Assembly: GCA_051362555.1 (NCBI GenBank)
Contig: CM120648.1
Span: 4,646,587-4,710,586, forward strand
Direction: 5' to 3'
DNA: 64,000 bases
Source: Lingula anatina
Lineage: Eukaryota; Animalia; Brachiopoda
The notes under the pieces are model-generated. The model was given only the letters and a program-made list of their open reading frames with translations. It was not told the origin of the DNA and made no database searches. Positions within the stretch are counted from its first letter, which is position 1. Each line of letters opens with the position of its first letter. Both the position numbers and the translations under genes were made by a program. Below, one piece after another: positions 51,264 through 62,892 of the stretch.

Positions 51264-53953
51264 GCAAAATAATAAATAAATAAATAAGATGCAGAACTTT
51301 CAAAAAAAATTTAGATTTCGTAAGACAGTAAGAGAAAATCAGGCAAAATTTGCGTCAGCTTAGTTTCCAATATGATAATTTCATCTGGGATCTATAAGCC
51401 ACACCCACTGCTAAACGCAAGTTATTTGCCACACTTGTCCTTCAGTTTTATCGACGCCTCTGGAAAACCGCTTGCTGGGACGAGATGAGAAAACATGTGG
51501 ATAACAGATATCCAGATGAACGCTTTGCTTGTAGGCTGCCACTGAGAGAGCACGTCAGGTCTGTAAAGTTCTGAGATTGCACTCTTTTTGAAAAAAAAGT
51601 TAAACTAATTGTGATCCAGCAAAAATCTCCTGCTTGTTTTCAGTGAGTCGTAAGCCATGTTTCCAGTGAAGATGGGTTGACAATACTTGGAGAAATCCAT
51701 ACATGTATAAGTAGGCTACTTTATACATTCAGCTCATCTTAGGAAGTAGAAATAAGGACATGTACATGTAAGTTCTGTACCTCAGCTATAAAGGCAGTGT
51801 GTGGTACAGCATGTAGATTGGGCGTGCTTCCTTCTGTGAGCTAAACATAAGTAGATACATATTAGATAGTTTAACATTATGGTGGCAACTGGTGGGACAG
51901 CAGAGCAACTAGAATGACTTCCTGTGGTGAGCCATAGTATTAAATTAATAATAAATGATATTGATTTTATATAGTAATTAATAGTAATTTAAGACCCTGT
52001 TAAGATGGAAACATGGCTTTAATGGACAAATGACTCGGTGGTAACAAGAGAAAATTTGGAGTCTGAACAGTTTTGGCTTCTTCATTGTGCACACAACTTA
52101 CAGACCTAGATAAACTTTGGCCTGGTCAGGGTTAAAACAAACCTGCTTCCTAATTTTACTGTGATTTACTTGTAGTCCTCTTAATTGTCACATGCGTCTT
52201 TTCTCTCTTTTGATTTACCTATGCTGATAAGAAGTGGTATAAATTGATATCTGAATGGCATGCTTCTGGCTTAACCTATAATCTCATGATAATTTAGATG
52301 GGGATCTATTTGGGTTACTGTGTGTTCCTGTCAACGTGATATCATAATTTTTAATTGAATCGTTTATAGGCTGTGGTCCATATTGTTATATGAAACAATA
52401 TGCTCAACTCAATTTGACCATGGATCTCCATAATATACAAGTATCTGTTAAAGTAGCTACTGAAATAATCCCAATATTTTGGGGATGAAGTTAAAGGGCT
52501 AACAACTGTTCTTTTTGCCCAAAAATGGATTTTCCTAGGGTAAATGACAAAGCTTATTATATTTCTGTAAGTTGTTTACAATGCATTTATTGTGAATATG
52601 AGGATATCTTACAAAGAGTTGTTATCCCTTTAAATCTGGCAAGTCATAGGTTGTTACCTATATTCTGTGTGATACTGTATTCCCCACACTGTAGGTTGAC
52701 AGAGTTTTGTACAGTGAGCAATGTTGGCAGCCTGGCAATGACCATTGTTATGGTAGTTACAAAGATATACACCTACCTTACCAGGACTTTGTAAGGTATG
52801 AAACCAAAATTAAATAAGTATAGTAGATTATAATTAATGCATTGATAAATAATAACAATAATGTGTCTTTGCCAGCTGTTTTATTTCAGTTTGTGATTTC
52901 TACAATGCATATCCTGCATATATTGTGAACAGAGATAAATCTCCTTCTGGAAAGAGTTATTGAGATACAAGTAGTCAGTCAGTTGCCCTTGATACACTGT
53001 TGCTAAATTAATGAATCAGCCACTCATTTAGTTGCTGAAGAAGTCAGTCAATTAGCAAATTAAATCATTGAAAATTTAATCAAATTTAATGTTAGTTTGC
53101 CATTACTTACAGTAGTTTACACATTAGTCAATCTGTTAGCTGTTTCGGCAGTTAGCTTTTATGTGTATCAGTCAGTAATAAGTTGGTCAGTAAGTGAATC
53201 TGAATGTTAATAAGGATATCCTTATAAAATCAGCTAGTAAGTCTGACACTTAATTATTCATTTTTATATAATATTGATGATAGTTATTATTTTTGATCAA
53301 CAGAAGAATTAAAGCAATGTTAAATATTTGCCTTTTTATTTTTTTCAGAGATGAGACCTTGAGTATGGAGTATGACACTACACTGGAGCATTTTATAGGC
53401 TATGTCAGCTCTTGGAGTGGCTATAATAAATATATGGAGAAATACCCAGAGAGTAATATACTGGAGGATTTGCAGGAAAAGTGAGTAATTACACACATTT
53501 TGGACTAGAATTATAGGGCACATGGAGAAATATTCATTTAGTCCTAGATATATTGCATAGTTTATTGACTGTAAAGTTATTGAAGTGGTATTTGGAGAAA
53601 TATTCAAAGAGTACTAGACTGGGTAATTTGAGGGAAGGAGGGGAAATTTTTTTGTAATTTTTAGAATGGGTGATTGTACAGTCAAACCATTAAGGGTGAA
53701 TTAATTATTTTTTTTTTCAGAAGTAAATAATTTATGTTTTTTAGGTTGTGTTAACTTGGAATTTACAAACGTCTTAGTCAATCTGTTGATGGTGTATATA
53801 AAACCCTTTAAAAGTATATTCTTAAGAAATATTTCTGTTAATAACTCTCATTTCAGCTTATTGAAAACAATGGACAGAGAAGCAACCATACATTCTGAGC
53901 TGCACGTGACATTCCCAATCTTCATGTTGTTAGGAAGAAAGCCAGGATCCTAG
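49586..53953 (+). CDS. Class I SAM-dependent methyltransferase (Methyltransf_11-type), 274 aa. Exons 49586-49696, 50337-50497, 50855-51065, 51446-51558, 53349-53480, 53857-53953
   Basis: YAKYRP, motif I ALDVGCGSGQ, VTGIDVSDNQI, SVDLVTSAQAAHWFD, RVLRPHG, GYVSSWSGY and C-terminal FMLLGRKP. Splicing is phase-consistent GT-AG. Confidence 0.92.
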
Positions 53954-55687
53954 ACCAGAACAGCATTGGTCCTGTCTTGGAATTGGCTCCCACCTAGGGT
54001 TTATTTTTAATGTTAAGACTAAACCAGCCAGACGTATTTATATCTGCAAAGGCCAGGCTACAGAATATTTGCACCTGCATATCAGACATATGAATTACCG
54101 TCAGGTTAATAAATAATGGATAATGGATGGACAACTAATCTTAGAGACAAAATGAAAGTTCAATATAGATTGTGAGGTATCAGTAATAACAAAGTGGTCT
54201 GTCAGCTCAATGAAACGGCTTATGTTAAAATGCAACTTGTTATTTATTTGATATTTCATTCAAATTGGGTTATTCAAAGTTGGACAATGTGCCATATTTC
54301 TCCTCATGGATTTCGTACATTTTTCCTCGAATTAGACAATCCACATTGTGTCAACCTTAAGCACATTAATCATAGGAAGAAAGCAAAGTAGACATTACTA
54401 AGGTTGGTTTTGAAATGAAGGGCCGTTAAAGAAAGGATACATTTAGTTAATATTTAATATTTAACTTCAAGTCAAATTTTTATGATTTATAATGTATGAT
54501 GTACCTTTTACAGGTTATAAAAATATTTTTAGTGAAATCTTAAATTATTGGTTTAAATTTTTACCTCTGTGATTAGTTATATATTTGCAAACATTTCTAC
54601 AATTAATATATTTGATTAAAAACCATGCTGCCTTTCTGAATATTCTTTATTTATCCAGAAACTATGTGCCAATTTTCATGCACGTATGTAAAGCCATTAA
54701 CTGTAAAAGTAGGACGCAATATTTTGAAATTCTCTCTCTCTCTCTCTCTCTTGGACTTTATTTACGTATCTGACCTGTTCTGCCTATGACCGATTTCCCT
54801 ATGCTTTCACACAAATTAAAAAAAAATCAAGGTGGCAAAGATAGTTTACGAGCCCACCTGACAGTAATTAATTTTGAGGAAATCATATTTACTTCACCAA
54901 TTTTTCCTTTTTTTATGGGCAGTGGCTTGTTGAGTGTGAAAAATCACAATTGAACTCGGAAACACACACATACGCGCACACACACACACACACATCCTTA
55001 AATCTGAATGCTATGCACGTTCATCGTCATACGCTTAAAACAAAGCTTGTCTGCTGACCCGTTTTCAGAGTGCCGCTGCTCGTTATCCAACTTAACAATT
55101 TTGGCGGCCTTACAAAAGATGTAGCCTGCTCTAAGGTACCCGTACTCGTACCATTGGTCTCAGTTCTTCACCTCCCAATCCTAGGTCTTGCCTTCATGTT
55201 ATCTTGGATCCGCCCCTGTCTATGTTAAGACTACTCGCCTGAAAGCTTTTACATGTACCTTGAAGATACACTTTAGGGGATTAAAACACGCCAAAATCAA
55301 TTTCCTTCGCGGGCAAAAGCGATGTTCTCCTACTTGCAAACCCTTGACCTGCTCCTGCGCTTGAGTTCCAAGTTTTATCCCATTTTTATTTTCGTGATTC
55401 AGTTCTAAATGTCTGGCGAGTTATTTAGAGCGGCATGTCTTCCTGTACATTGCAGAGAGAACCATCGAAGCCACATCCTGTTATTTGAAACTTGTAAAAG
55501 CTAAGTAGCTGCTATATATATGGACACAGAAGACATGTCTTTGGAAAATTTTCAAACGCTCACAGTGTACCTATAAAATGAGAATGACACCTGTTATTAG
55601 AAATGGATTGGTAGAGCAGCACCATCCCCAGAGATAAAAAATAGGGGTCTTAATAAAGTCTTAAACTTTTAGTTTCTGTCAGTCTAT

Positions 55688-55911
55688 GACTGGGTTCCCA
55701 TGCCTAGATCGATCCATCTGGATCGGTCAAACTCCCTGGGGAGTCTCACTAAATTGCTATCAACTGACGCTTAATTGTCTGTCACGCCCGAATCAGCAAG
55801 GGGGTAAAGCTTTACTGGGCGTGACAGACATTTAAGCCGGTTAAGTAGATAGCAATTTAGTGAGACTCCCCAGGGAGATAGATCGATCCAAATATCTGTG
55901 GGAATGGTCCC
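55688..55911. mobile_element. Palindromic MITE family, copy D, upstream of lectin copy 1
   Basis: GACTGGGTTCCCAT...GGGAATGGTCCC flanked by TAT/TAT (3-bp TSD). Absent from the paralogous position upstream of lectin copy 2. Confidence 0.85.
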
Positions 55912-56175
55912 TATCAGATGTTTCTCACTTTGCCCCCAGTCAGCCATAGCATCTTAATGAGTACTTTAGGGGATAAAGGGCCAGGTATGCATGTAATCTA
56001 CAGTTTATTTATTTATTTTTTTTTTTGGGCCGTAAACAGCTGCCCCCATGGGGTACCTCGGCCTTCGACCCCGAACGATAGATAAAAGAGATAAAAGGTA
56101 AGCCCAACCCACACTGATCTGTGCATGCCACACTTTGTAGCAGAGTCGTCCTTGTAAATTGATATGTGCTTTACA

Positions 56176-58500
56176 ATGGGATCCGTGTTACCTGTGGTGT
56201 TTATGTGTATAACAGCCTTGATCTTTACTGGTATGTGGAATATTTCACAATTTGATGTTAAATACAAAGTTGTATATACTTATGCGAGCGTGTACTAGTA
56301 CTTAGAGGTATATAGGCCAGTTTAAAAATAATGTTCCGGTAAAACCGAAACATATTTTATAACTGAATATATTTTCATTTCAGGAAAAGTAGCCGAGTCG
56401 TACACTTGTACCAATCCTCAATTTAATGTGGAAGACAGTACTTACTGTTATGAGAAAATAAAAGTTCAAAGAACCCACAGTAATGCCACAAAGGATTGTT
56501 CGACGAATGGAGGTGGTCTTATAGAAATCACCTCCCATGTTATAAACCAGGCTGTTTTAAATGGAATGGACGAGAAAGAATATTACTGGATAGGAGGAAC
56601 AAAAGATGAGAAAGGAAACTGGTATTGGCCGGAAGCAGGTAAGGAATCACATTATCTTCAGGGTATTCGCATCAGTATAGAATACATTGTCTTTTTTATG
56701 CTGGGATTATATGTAATCAACAAACGTGTCTTAATTGTTTGTGTTAAAGTTGTGTGTATGGAACAAGTTTCTGCGTTGGCTCGCCACTTTTGGGAAACGA
56801 CTTGGGTTGAACCTGCCTATTTTTGCCCCCCCCCTCTGTATCGGTACTGTCGATTCAACAAGGGCATATATTCGATCCTTAATGTCATATCTTTTTCGAT
56901 CTGCCAACTTGAGCAATGTACAAGATAGATTCAGCAATACGCGGTTATTTTATTTTCCAGTGGATCGTTTTCATTCATTTGAGGGCAGGTTAATTTACGT
57001 AAATGACAAGGACGGTTGTTTAGAATGATATTTTCTGAAACTCATGGTTACGAACGCACTTCATAAATACCTTTATCCATATTTAACATTCAGTGTACTC
57101 CAAATTCTAAGTTTAGAATTCCTTTTCCATGTTACCATAAACAGCATGGTTGATTTCAAGAAACCAAGAGACTTCTCTGTACATGTTTTTGAGCAAAATT
57201 CGTTCATCATTCCAACTTACCGTATGAACTTTGTTTTCCTTTTTCAACCTTCCTTTATTTATTAGGCCTGACTAAGCGCTTTGATATTTATATAAGTGGT
57301 CTTTAATTATATAAATTATTTCCCGCAATTTTATTTTTAATATAGGTTACCAATGGAATTTCAGTGCATTGAGAGATGCAAGGAGTAACAGCAAATGTTT
57401 ATATATCTCGAAAAGCAACACAGCGGGAAATGGTTGGTTTACCGATTCGTGTGATATGAAGCGAAGATACATTTGCCAATATAGTAAGTTAAATGGAACA
57501 AAATGTTGACTTAATTCTAGGGAAATGGCATTTTGTGTGGAGTGATACAATCAAATGTGCAAAAAGTTGGACTAAAAGAGACACCAAGCACAATAGAACA
57601 GGGGGTAATACGTGAAATTTGGCGGTCGTATTATCATTTGTATTCATTAAATAATAGCAAAAATGATTGACCTTTTTCATTATAATTGGACGACCAATCT
57701 TCACGCGTTTCCTTTCAGAAATGGACTCAACGACCAGTAGTGCGACAACGGAATCGTCGACTACAAAACAAACTTCCCATCCCCTTTTAAACACAACCAG
57801 TCTCCCAATCGTGAACCAGTCATTAACTACTGGCGCGTCCAAACCACTCAGTTCTTCAGTCTCGCCGCAGATAAAATCTACTGGGATTTCCAGTCAAAAC
57901 ACAAAAGAAATAACCCACAAAACCACAAACAAACAACAGGGAGAAATGCACAGCACCGTGCACATAGAAACGACTACGAAACAACCCATTGGCAAACAGA
58001 CAACAACACAACTATCACTGACAAACAAGACGGACATTGATTCATTGATAGCCGAACTTGCAAGGCAATGTGAAGCTGAAAGAAAAAGACAACAAGTAGG
58101 TGGGTAAAAGTCGTCAAAAAATTCCTTGGTATAAGTATGTATATTCTTTTGGTGTTTAATTTAGTAATCATTCACATTTGAGATAAAAAGTATACACTCC
58201 AGTACCTGTATATCTAATCAATGTTTGAAAATGTTTGCAGAGGATTTATTTTCTTTAAAATGCGACACTGCAAAACATTGACTGCTCATCTATTTTAATT
58301 CAATTCTTATTTCAACTTTCATCGTTTATTTCAAAGTGTGCCTTTTTTAATTTTCGAGAGGGTTGGGTTGCGCTTTTGGTTTGTTTAATGATCGTTCTAT
58401 TTTTATGTCTAATAGAAGTGAACGGGTGGATCGGAGGGTTTAGCGTGACGCTTGTAATAAGTATTACGGTTACCCTATCTTTGGTTATTGTGTGCCGGAG
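56176..58500 (+). CDS. Type I membrane C-type lectin-domain protein with mucin-like stalk, copy 1. Exons 56176-56230 (signal peptide), 56384-56638 and 57346-57483 (CTLD), 57719-58099 (S/T stalk), 58416-58500 (TM); cytoplasmic exon(s) uncertain
   Basis: Signal MGSVLPVVFMCITALIFTG. CTLD with CY, C...GGGL, YYWIGG, WYW, C-L-Y-I, WFTDSC and YICQY. Thr/Ser-rich exon, then hydrophobic WIGGFSVTLVISITVTLSLVIVC followed by R. Confidence 0.85.
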
Positions 58501-61500
58501 GTGAGTACTAAGTTTTGTGTGCTCGATAGCCTTTGCTAGAACCTGCTTTTTGTTATCAAATTTGTCAATAAGTAGATCATAATTCGTGTGACATCTCTAA
58601 GGTGTTTATTGCTTGGCTAAATATTTTAACCATACTTGTACAACTCAAAACAATTCACATAGACCAGGAGTGAGGACGACATTCTGGCTTTTCAAACATT
58701 GCCGTAGCAATTTGTGGTTTCTTCTTATTCTAAAGGAAAAAAGGTCGAAAATGAACATCGTTTTATGCGCCCTTTGTAAACATGCAATATAACACTTTCA
58801 TGCAAGACGGTTTGAAATAAGATAATGCCAGACATACTATACGTGTTTTTCCAGAAGAAAAAATAGGGATGAGCGTCGCCAAGAAGACAGACATGAAAGG
58901 GATCAAAACTTTGAATTTGACTTCGACACTGATATTTGATGTTAACGGTGTTGCTTCTGCTCTGCAGCAATTATCCAGAGAATGCGTGGCGAATGAATAC
59001 GAAAATACACGAACTTTGCAGATGAAATAGTAGTATATACTACTATTTATTTCTACTGTAGTAGATATAACCGAGGAGACACTGTTTGACGTTTTAAAAT
59101 GCATGCATGTTTCGAGTTGGCAACAGGCATAGATTATTATATATACTTCAGATAGTTGAATATGAGATTTCAAATTTTTATATTTCTAAAGGGAACTTAT
59201 ACCTGTTGGTCATTTTTATATAAATACCACGAAGTAATGTCGTCTATCTAATTGATCACCACCTGTCGCTTCTGGCCACCTTCTGCATCGTCTGCTAGGA
59301 CCATAGATAGGTTTTCACTAGAGGTCTCCAGATATGGCTCTGACTATTGCTGTGCACTTGTTTCTACTGTCAGCAAATTTTTAGCATAAAATTAATTGCA
59401 TCACTCAGCTTGCCCCTAGTATAGAGTACCGTTTACCGTCTGAATGCAGTCTTGAATTGTGTACAACACTGACGTCAGTTCGCAAATGATGGCCGACTTT
59501 GAAAAACACTAAAGTGTGGTTTGAGTGCTTTTTAATTTCTTCCAGATTGTGACAGAGTTATGTTGGTTGTCAGGAAACAAAGGCCAGAGTTATGTTGATT
59601 TGTTGCCTTGTTAAATTCGTTTTGTACAGAAACATGTATAAGTTTTTCTAGAGAAATCTTTCGATTTGCACCTTAAACCCTAAATGATAATTATCAAAGA
59701 AATGAAGAAATCAAAGGAATAATACTGTCGTACTCTTCAATCAATTTAGAAAACTTCATTTTTTGCCAAAAAAAAAAAAAAAAAAAAAAATCAACTTAAA
59801 GTGATATTTTTGCAGTAGATTTAAGACGCATTTAATATCATTATATTGGACTTCAGTTGCTCAAGAAAGTTTTACCGCCAATTGATAGATTTATTTACTT
59901 GTTATTAAAAATGGCACTGGTATTGATGCATTTCACTCATGAGTACATTTGTACGTGTTACTTCTACATTGTTAAAATAAATACAAGATTCTTTTAAGTA
60001 AAAAAAGCATCTGCCTCTTCTAAATCCATTGCAAACATACCCTGTAGCTTGATTGGAAAGAAAGAAACAAATAAATAGATAAATAAATAAAAAATTTACA
60101 CAGTGGTGAGGTTTGGGAGGAGGGATGGTTACTGCACTCCCTTTTCTATGATACTTTCTGTTCTGAGAAGATAGCCCCGGGTTATCTGTAATATCTGAGT
60201 CAAGATAACAGAGTTCTGAAATAACTGAACTGTTTGCAACCGGGTCAAGCCACGCTACACATTGACGACTTATTCGCAAACAACGCAGAAAACGGCGGTT
60301 AAAATATATTAGAAGTTGCCCAATTATAATACTTTATTCAGCACTGAAATGTTTACAAAGTACATTTCACAGGTTAACGATAATGCAAGTTTTACATATA
60401 TGTTTATATGGAATACAATTAACTAAATTAGGTGCAAGAACTTTTAAGAACTTTTATTTGAAAAGATAATACAGAAGAATAGGACTACTGTTAGTGATGT
60501 GTATTTTGTAATCGGGCCAAAGCTATAAGTGTAAGATCATAGGATGTGGTGATAGACCGCAGAGATACACGCCCCCTTGGATAGATAAACCAATATATAT
60601 AGGCTTTCCAAGAAAGAAGCAGGTATTGGAACCACGATCTTACCAAGCAATGCAGATTAGAATTGTTTTAAAGCTAGCCAGGTCACTGGAAACTTGCATC
60701 TTTTATCAGCATGCATCTGTCAGTAATAGAGTTTAGTTTCCAGTGACCCCAGAAACATGGGGCAGTTAACACCCACCCTATCCCCACCCTAGGAGAGAAG
60801 ATATATTTTGGGTCCTACCCTCACCCCTGTAAAGTTTATTCCATTATGAAACCTGTTGATTTTGGCCCGCGCAACACGATAAGGTTTCAGTTGATCTTTT
60901 CTATGTACACACAGTCGTGTGTCCTACTTAGCTGTTATCAAAGCGAAAGTTCATCGTTCATATTATACAATATTGCAAGCAAGCATCTCGATAATATGCT
61001 GAACTTTATTTTCCCTGAGAAAAGAATATTTATCTCGAAGCGTCTTTAGTAAAGGCAAATAATCGGTTGCTTGCGACTTTTAAACAGTACGTAATTTTGA
61101 TTTAGCCACAATGTAACTCACCACAAACGGTATGCATCCTGTAGCCGTTCGGCATGGCTCTCAGAACAACCTACACTGAAAGTGCTCCCGTCATGGGGAT
61201 AAGAAGCTGTGCGCATTGAAGATAGGCCTACTCTTTACGGGACTAACTCACCAAAACCAATTTTCCTAGGGGGAAGGAAAGCATAACTTGACCTGCCCAT
61301 GCACTTGAATTCTAAGTTTTATCCCACTTTTATTTTTGTGATTCAGTTTTAAATGCCTGGCGAGTCATTTAGAGCGGCATATCTTCCTGTACATTGCAGA
61401 AGGAACCATAGAGGCCACATGCTGTTATATGAAGCATGTGAAAGATAAGTAGCTGCTACATGTTCAGTATATGTACACAGAAGACATGTTTTTTGAAAAT

Positions 61501-61878
61501 TTTCAAACGCTTACAGTGTACCTATAAGTTTATTGTAACACCTGTTATTAGAAATGGGCTATGTAGCCTATTCATCTACAACCAAGTAACGTTAGTAGAG
61601 CACCACCATCCCCGGAGTTAAAAAATAGGGGTCTTATTAAAGTCTTAGCCTTTTAGTTTCAGTTTTGCCTACTGTCAGCTAGAGCATCTTAATGATTATC
61701 TTAGACGATAAAAAGTCAGGTTGACATGTAATCTACAGAGTACTTGTTTTTTTTTGTTTGTGTAGTCTCCATGGGTTTTGTGATCCTACGACCCCAAAGG
61801 ATAGATTGGATCAACCCACGTTGGTCTGTGCATAGCAGAAGTGTTAGAACGTCCTCGTAAACAGATCTGTGCTTTACA

Positions 61879-62347
61879 ATGGGATCCTTGTTTCCTGTGG
61901 TGTTTATTTGTATAACAGCTTTGATTTTTACTGGTATGTGGAATTTATCACCAATTGATGTTAATTATGAAATTGTATATACTAATGCGAGCCTGAACTG
62001 GCACTTACAGTACAGGTTTACAGGCCAATTTAAAAATATTATTCAGTTAAACCGAAACATATTTTTTTATAACGAAATATATTTCATTTCAGGAAAAGAA
62101 GCTGAGTCGTACCCTTGTACCAATCCTCAATTTAATGTGGAAGACAGTACTTACTGTTATGAGAAAATAAAAGTTCAAAGAACACACAGTAACGCCACAA
62201 AGGATTGTTCAGCGAATGGAGGGGGTCTTATAGAAATCACCTGCCAAGTTATAAACAAGGCTGTTTTAAGTGGAATAAAGGAACGAGAATATTACTGGAT
62301 AGGAGGGACAAAAGATGCGAAAGGAAACTGGTATTGGCCGGCAGCAG
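61879..62347 (+). CDS. C-type lectin-domain protein, copy 2. Exons 61879-61933 and 62093-62347; remainder not in the window
   Basis: Close paralog of copy 1 with identical exon lengths (55 and 255 nt). The upstream region ~61200-61880 also aligns with ~55230-56175. Confidence 0.8.
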
Positions 62348-62419
62348 GTAAAGGCATCACATTATATATCTACAGGGTATTTGCATCAGCATACATTGTC
62401 TTTTTTATGCTGAGATTAC

Positions 62420-62890
62420 TAGAAGGCTTGTTAAGGACCAAAAATTGACCAAACGCTGAATTTTGTAGTACACATGTCTTACTTGGCATGAATAAAGACA
62501 TGCCCTATCGATGCATAAATAGCATAAATTATGCAAATTAGGTACCAAAATAGAATATTTCATATTTCCATCACTTTTTTTGCCTCAAAACATGTAGAGA
62601 TTATCAAACATGGCTAAATTAGAGACAAGGAATCCATTTTTGACATTATGGAAACATTTGGCTGCCATTTAATGCCTCTAATCCAAGTTGGCCGCCATCC
62701 GCCATTTTGAAAGTGAAAATTTTGAAGCTCTTTACCTGTATATACCTGTAATACATCTATTCTTACTGTTTTGGGGTTGCAAAAGTCAGTTTTGATATTG
62801 TTTTGATGATAGAAGGTGTAAGTACTACAAAATGCAGCTTTTGACCCCTTATCAAGCCTACTATAGGGCCTACATGTAATCACATGGGAA
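62420..62890. mobile_element. Non-autonomous DNA-transposon-like insertion in intron 2 of lectin copy 2
   Basis: Similarity to copy 1 intron 2 ends abruptly near 62419. Contains ATTATGCAAAT and GGCCGCCATCCGCCATTTTGAA motifs typical of invertebrate non-autonomous elements. Ends not resolved. Confidence 0.45.
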
Positions 62891-62892
62891 AC

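Noticed and set aside
61879-62448. 189-aa single ORF reading through lectin copy 2 intron 1
   Set aside because: The intron has canonical splice sites and the equivalent intron in copy 1 contains an in-frame TAG, so the open frame is probably chance.
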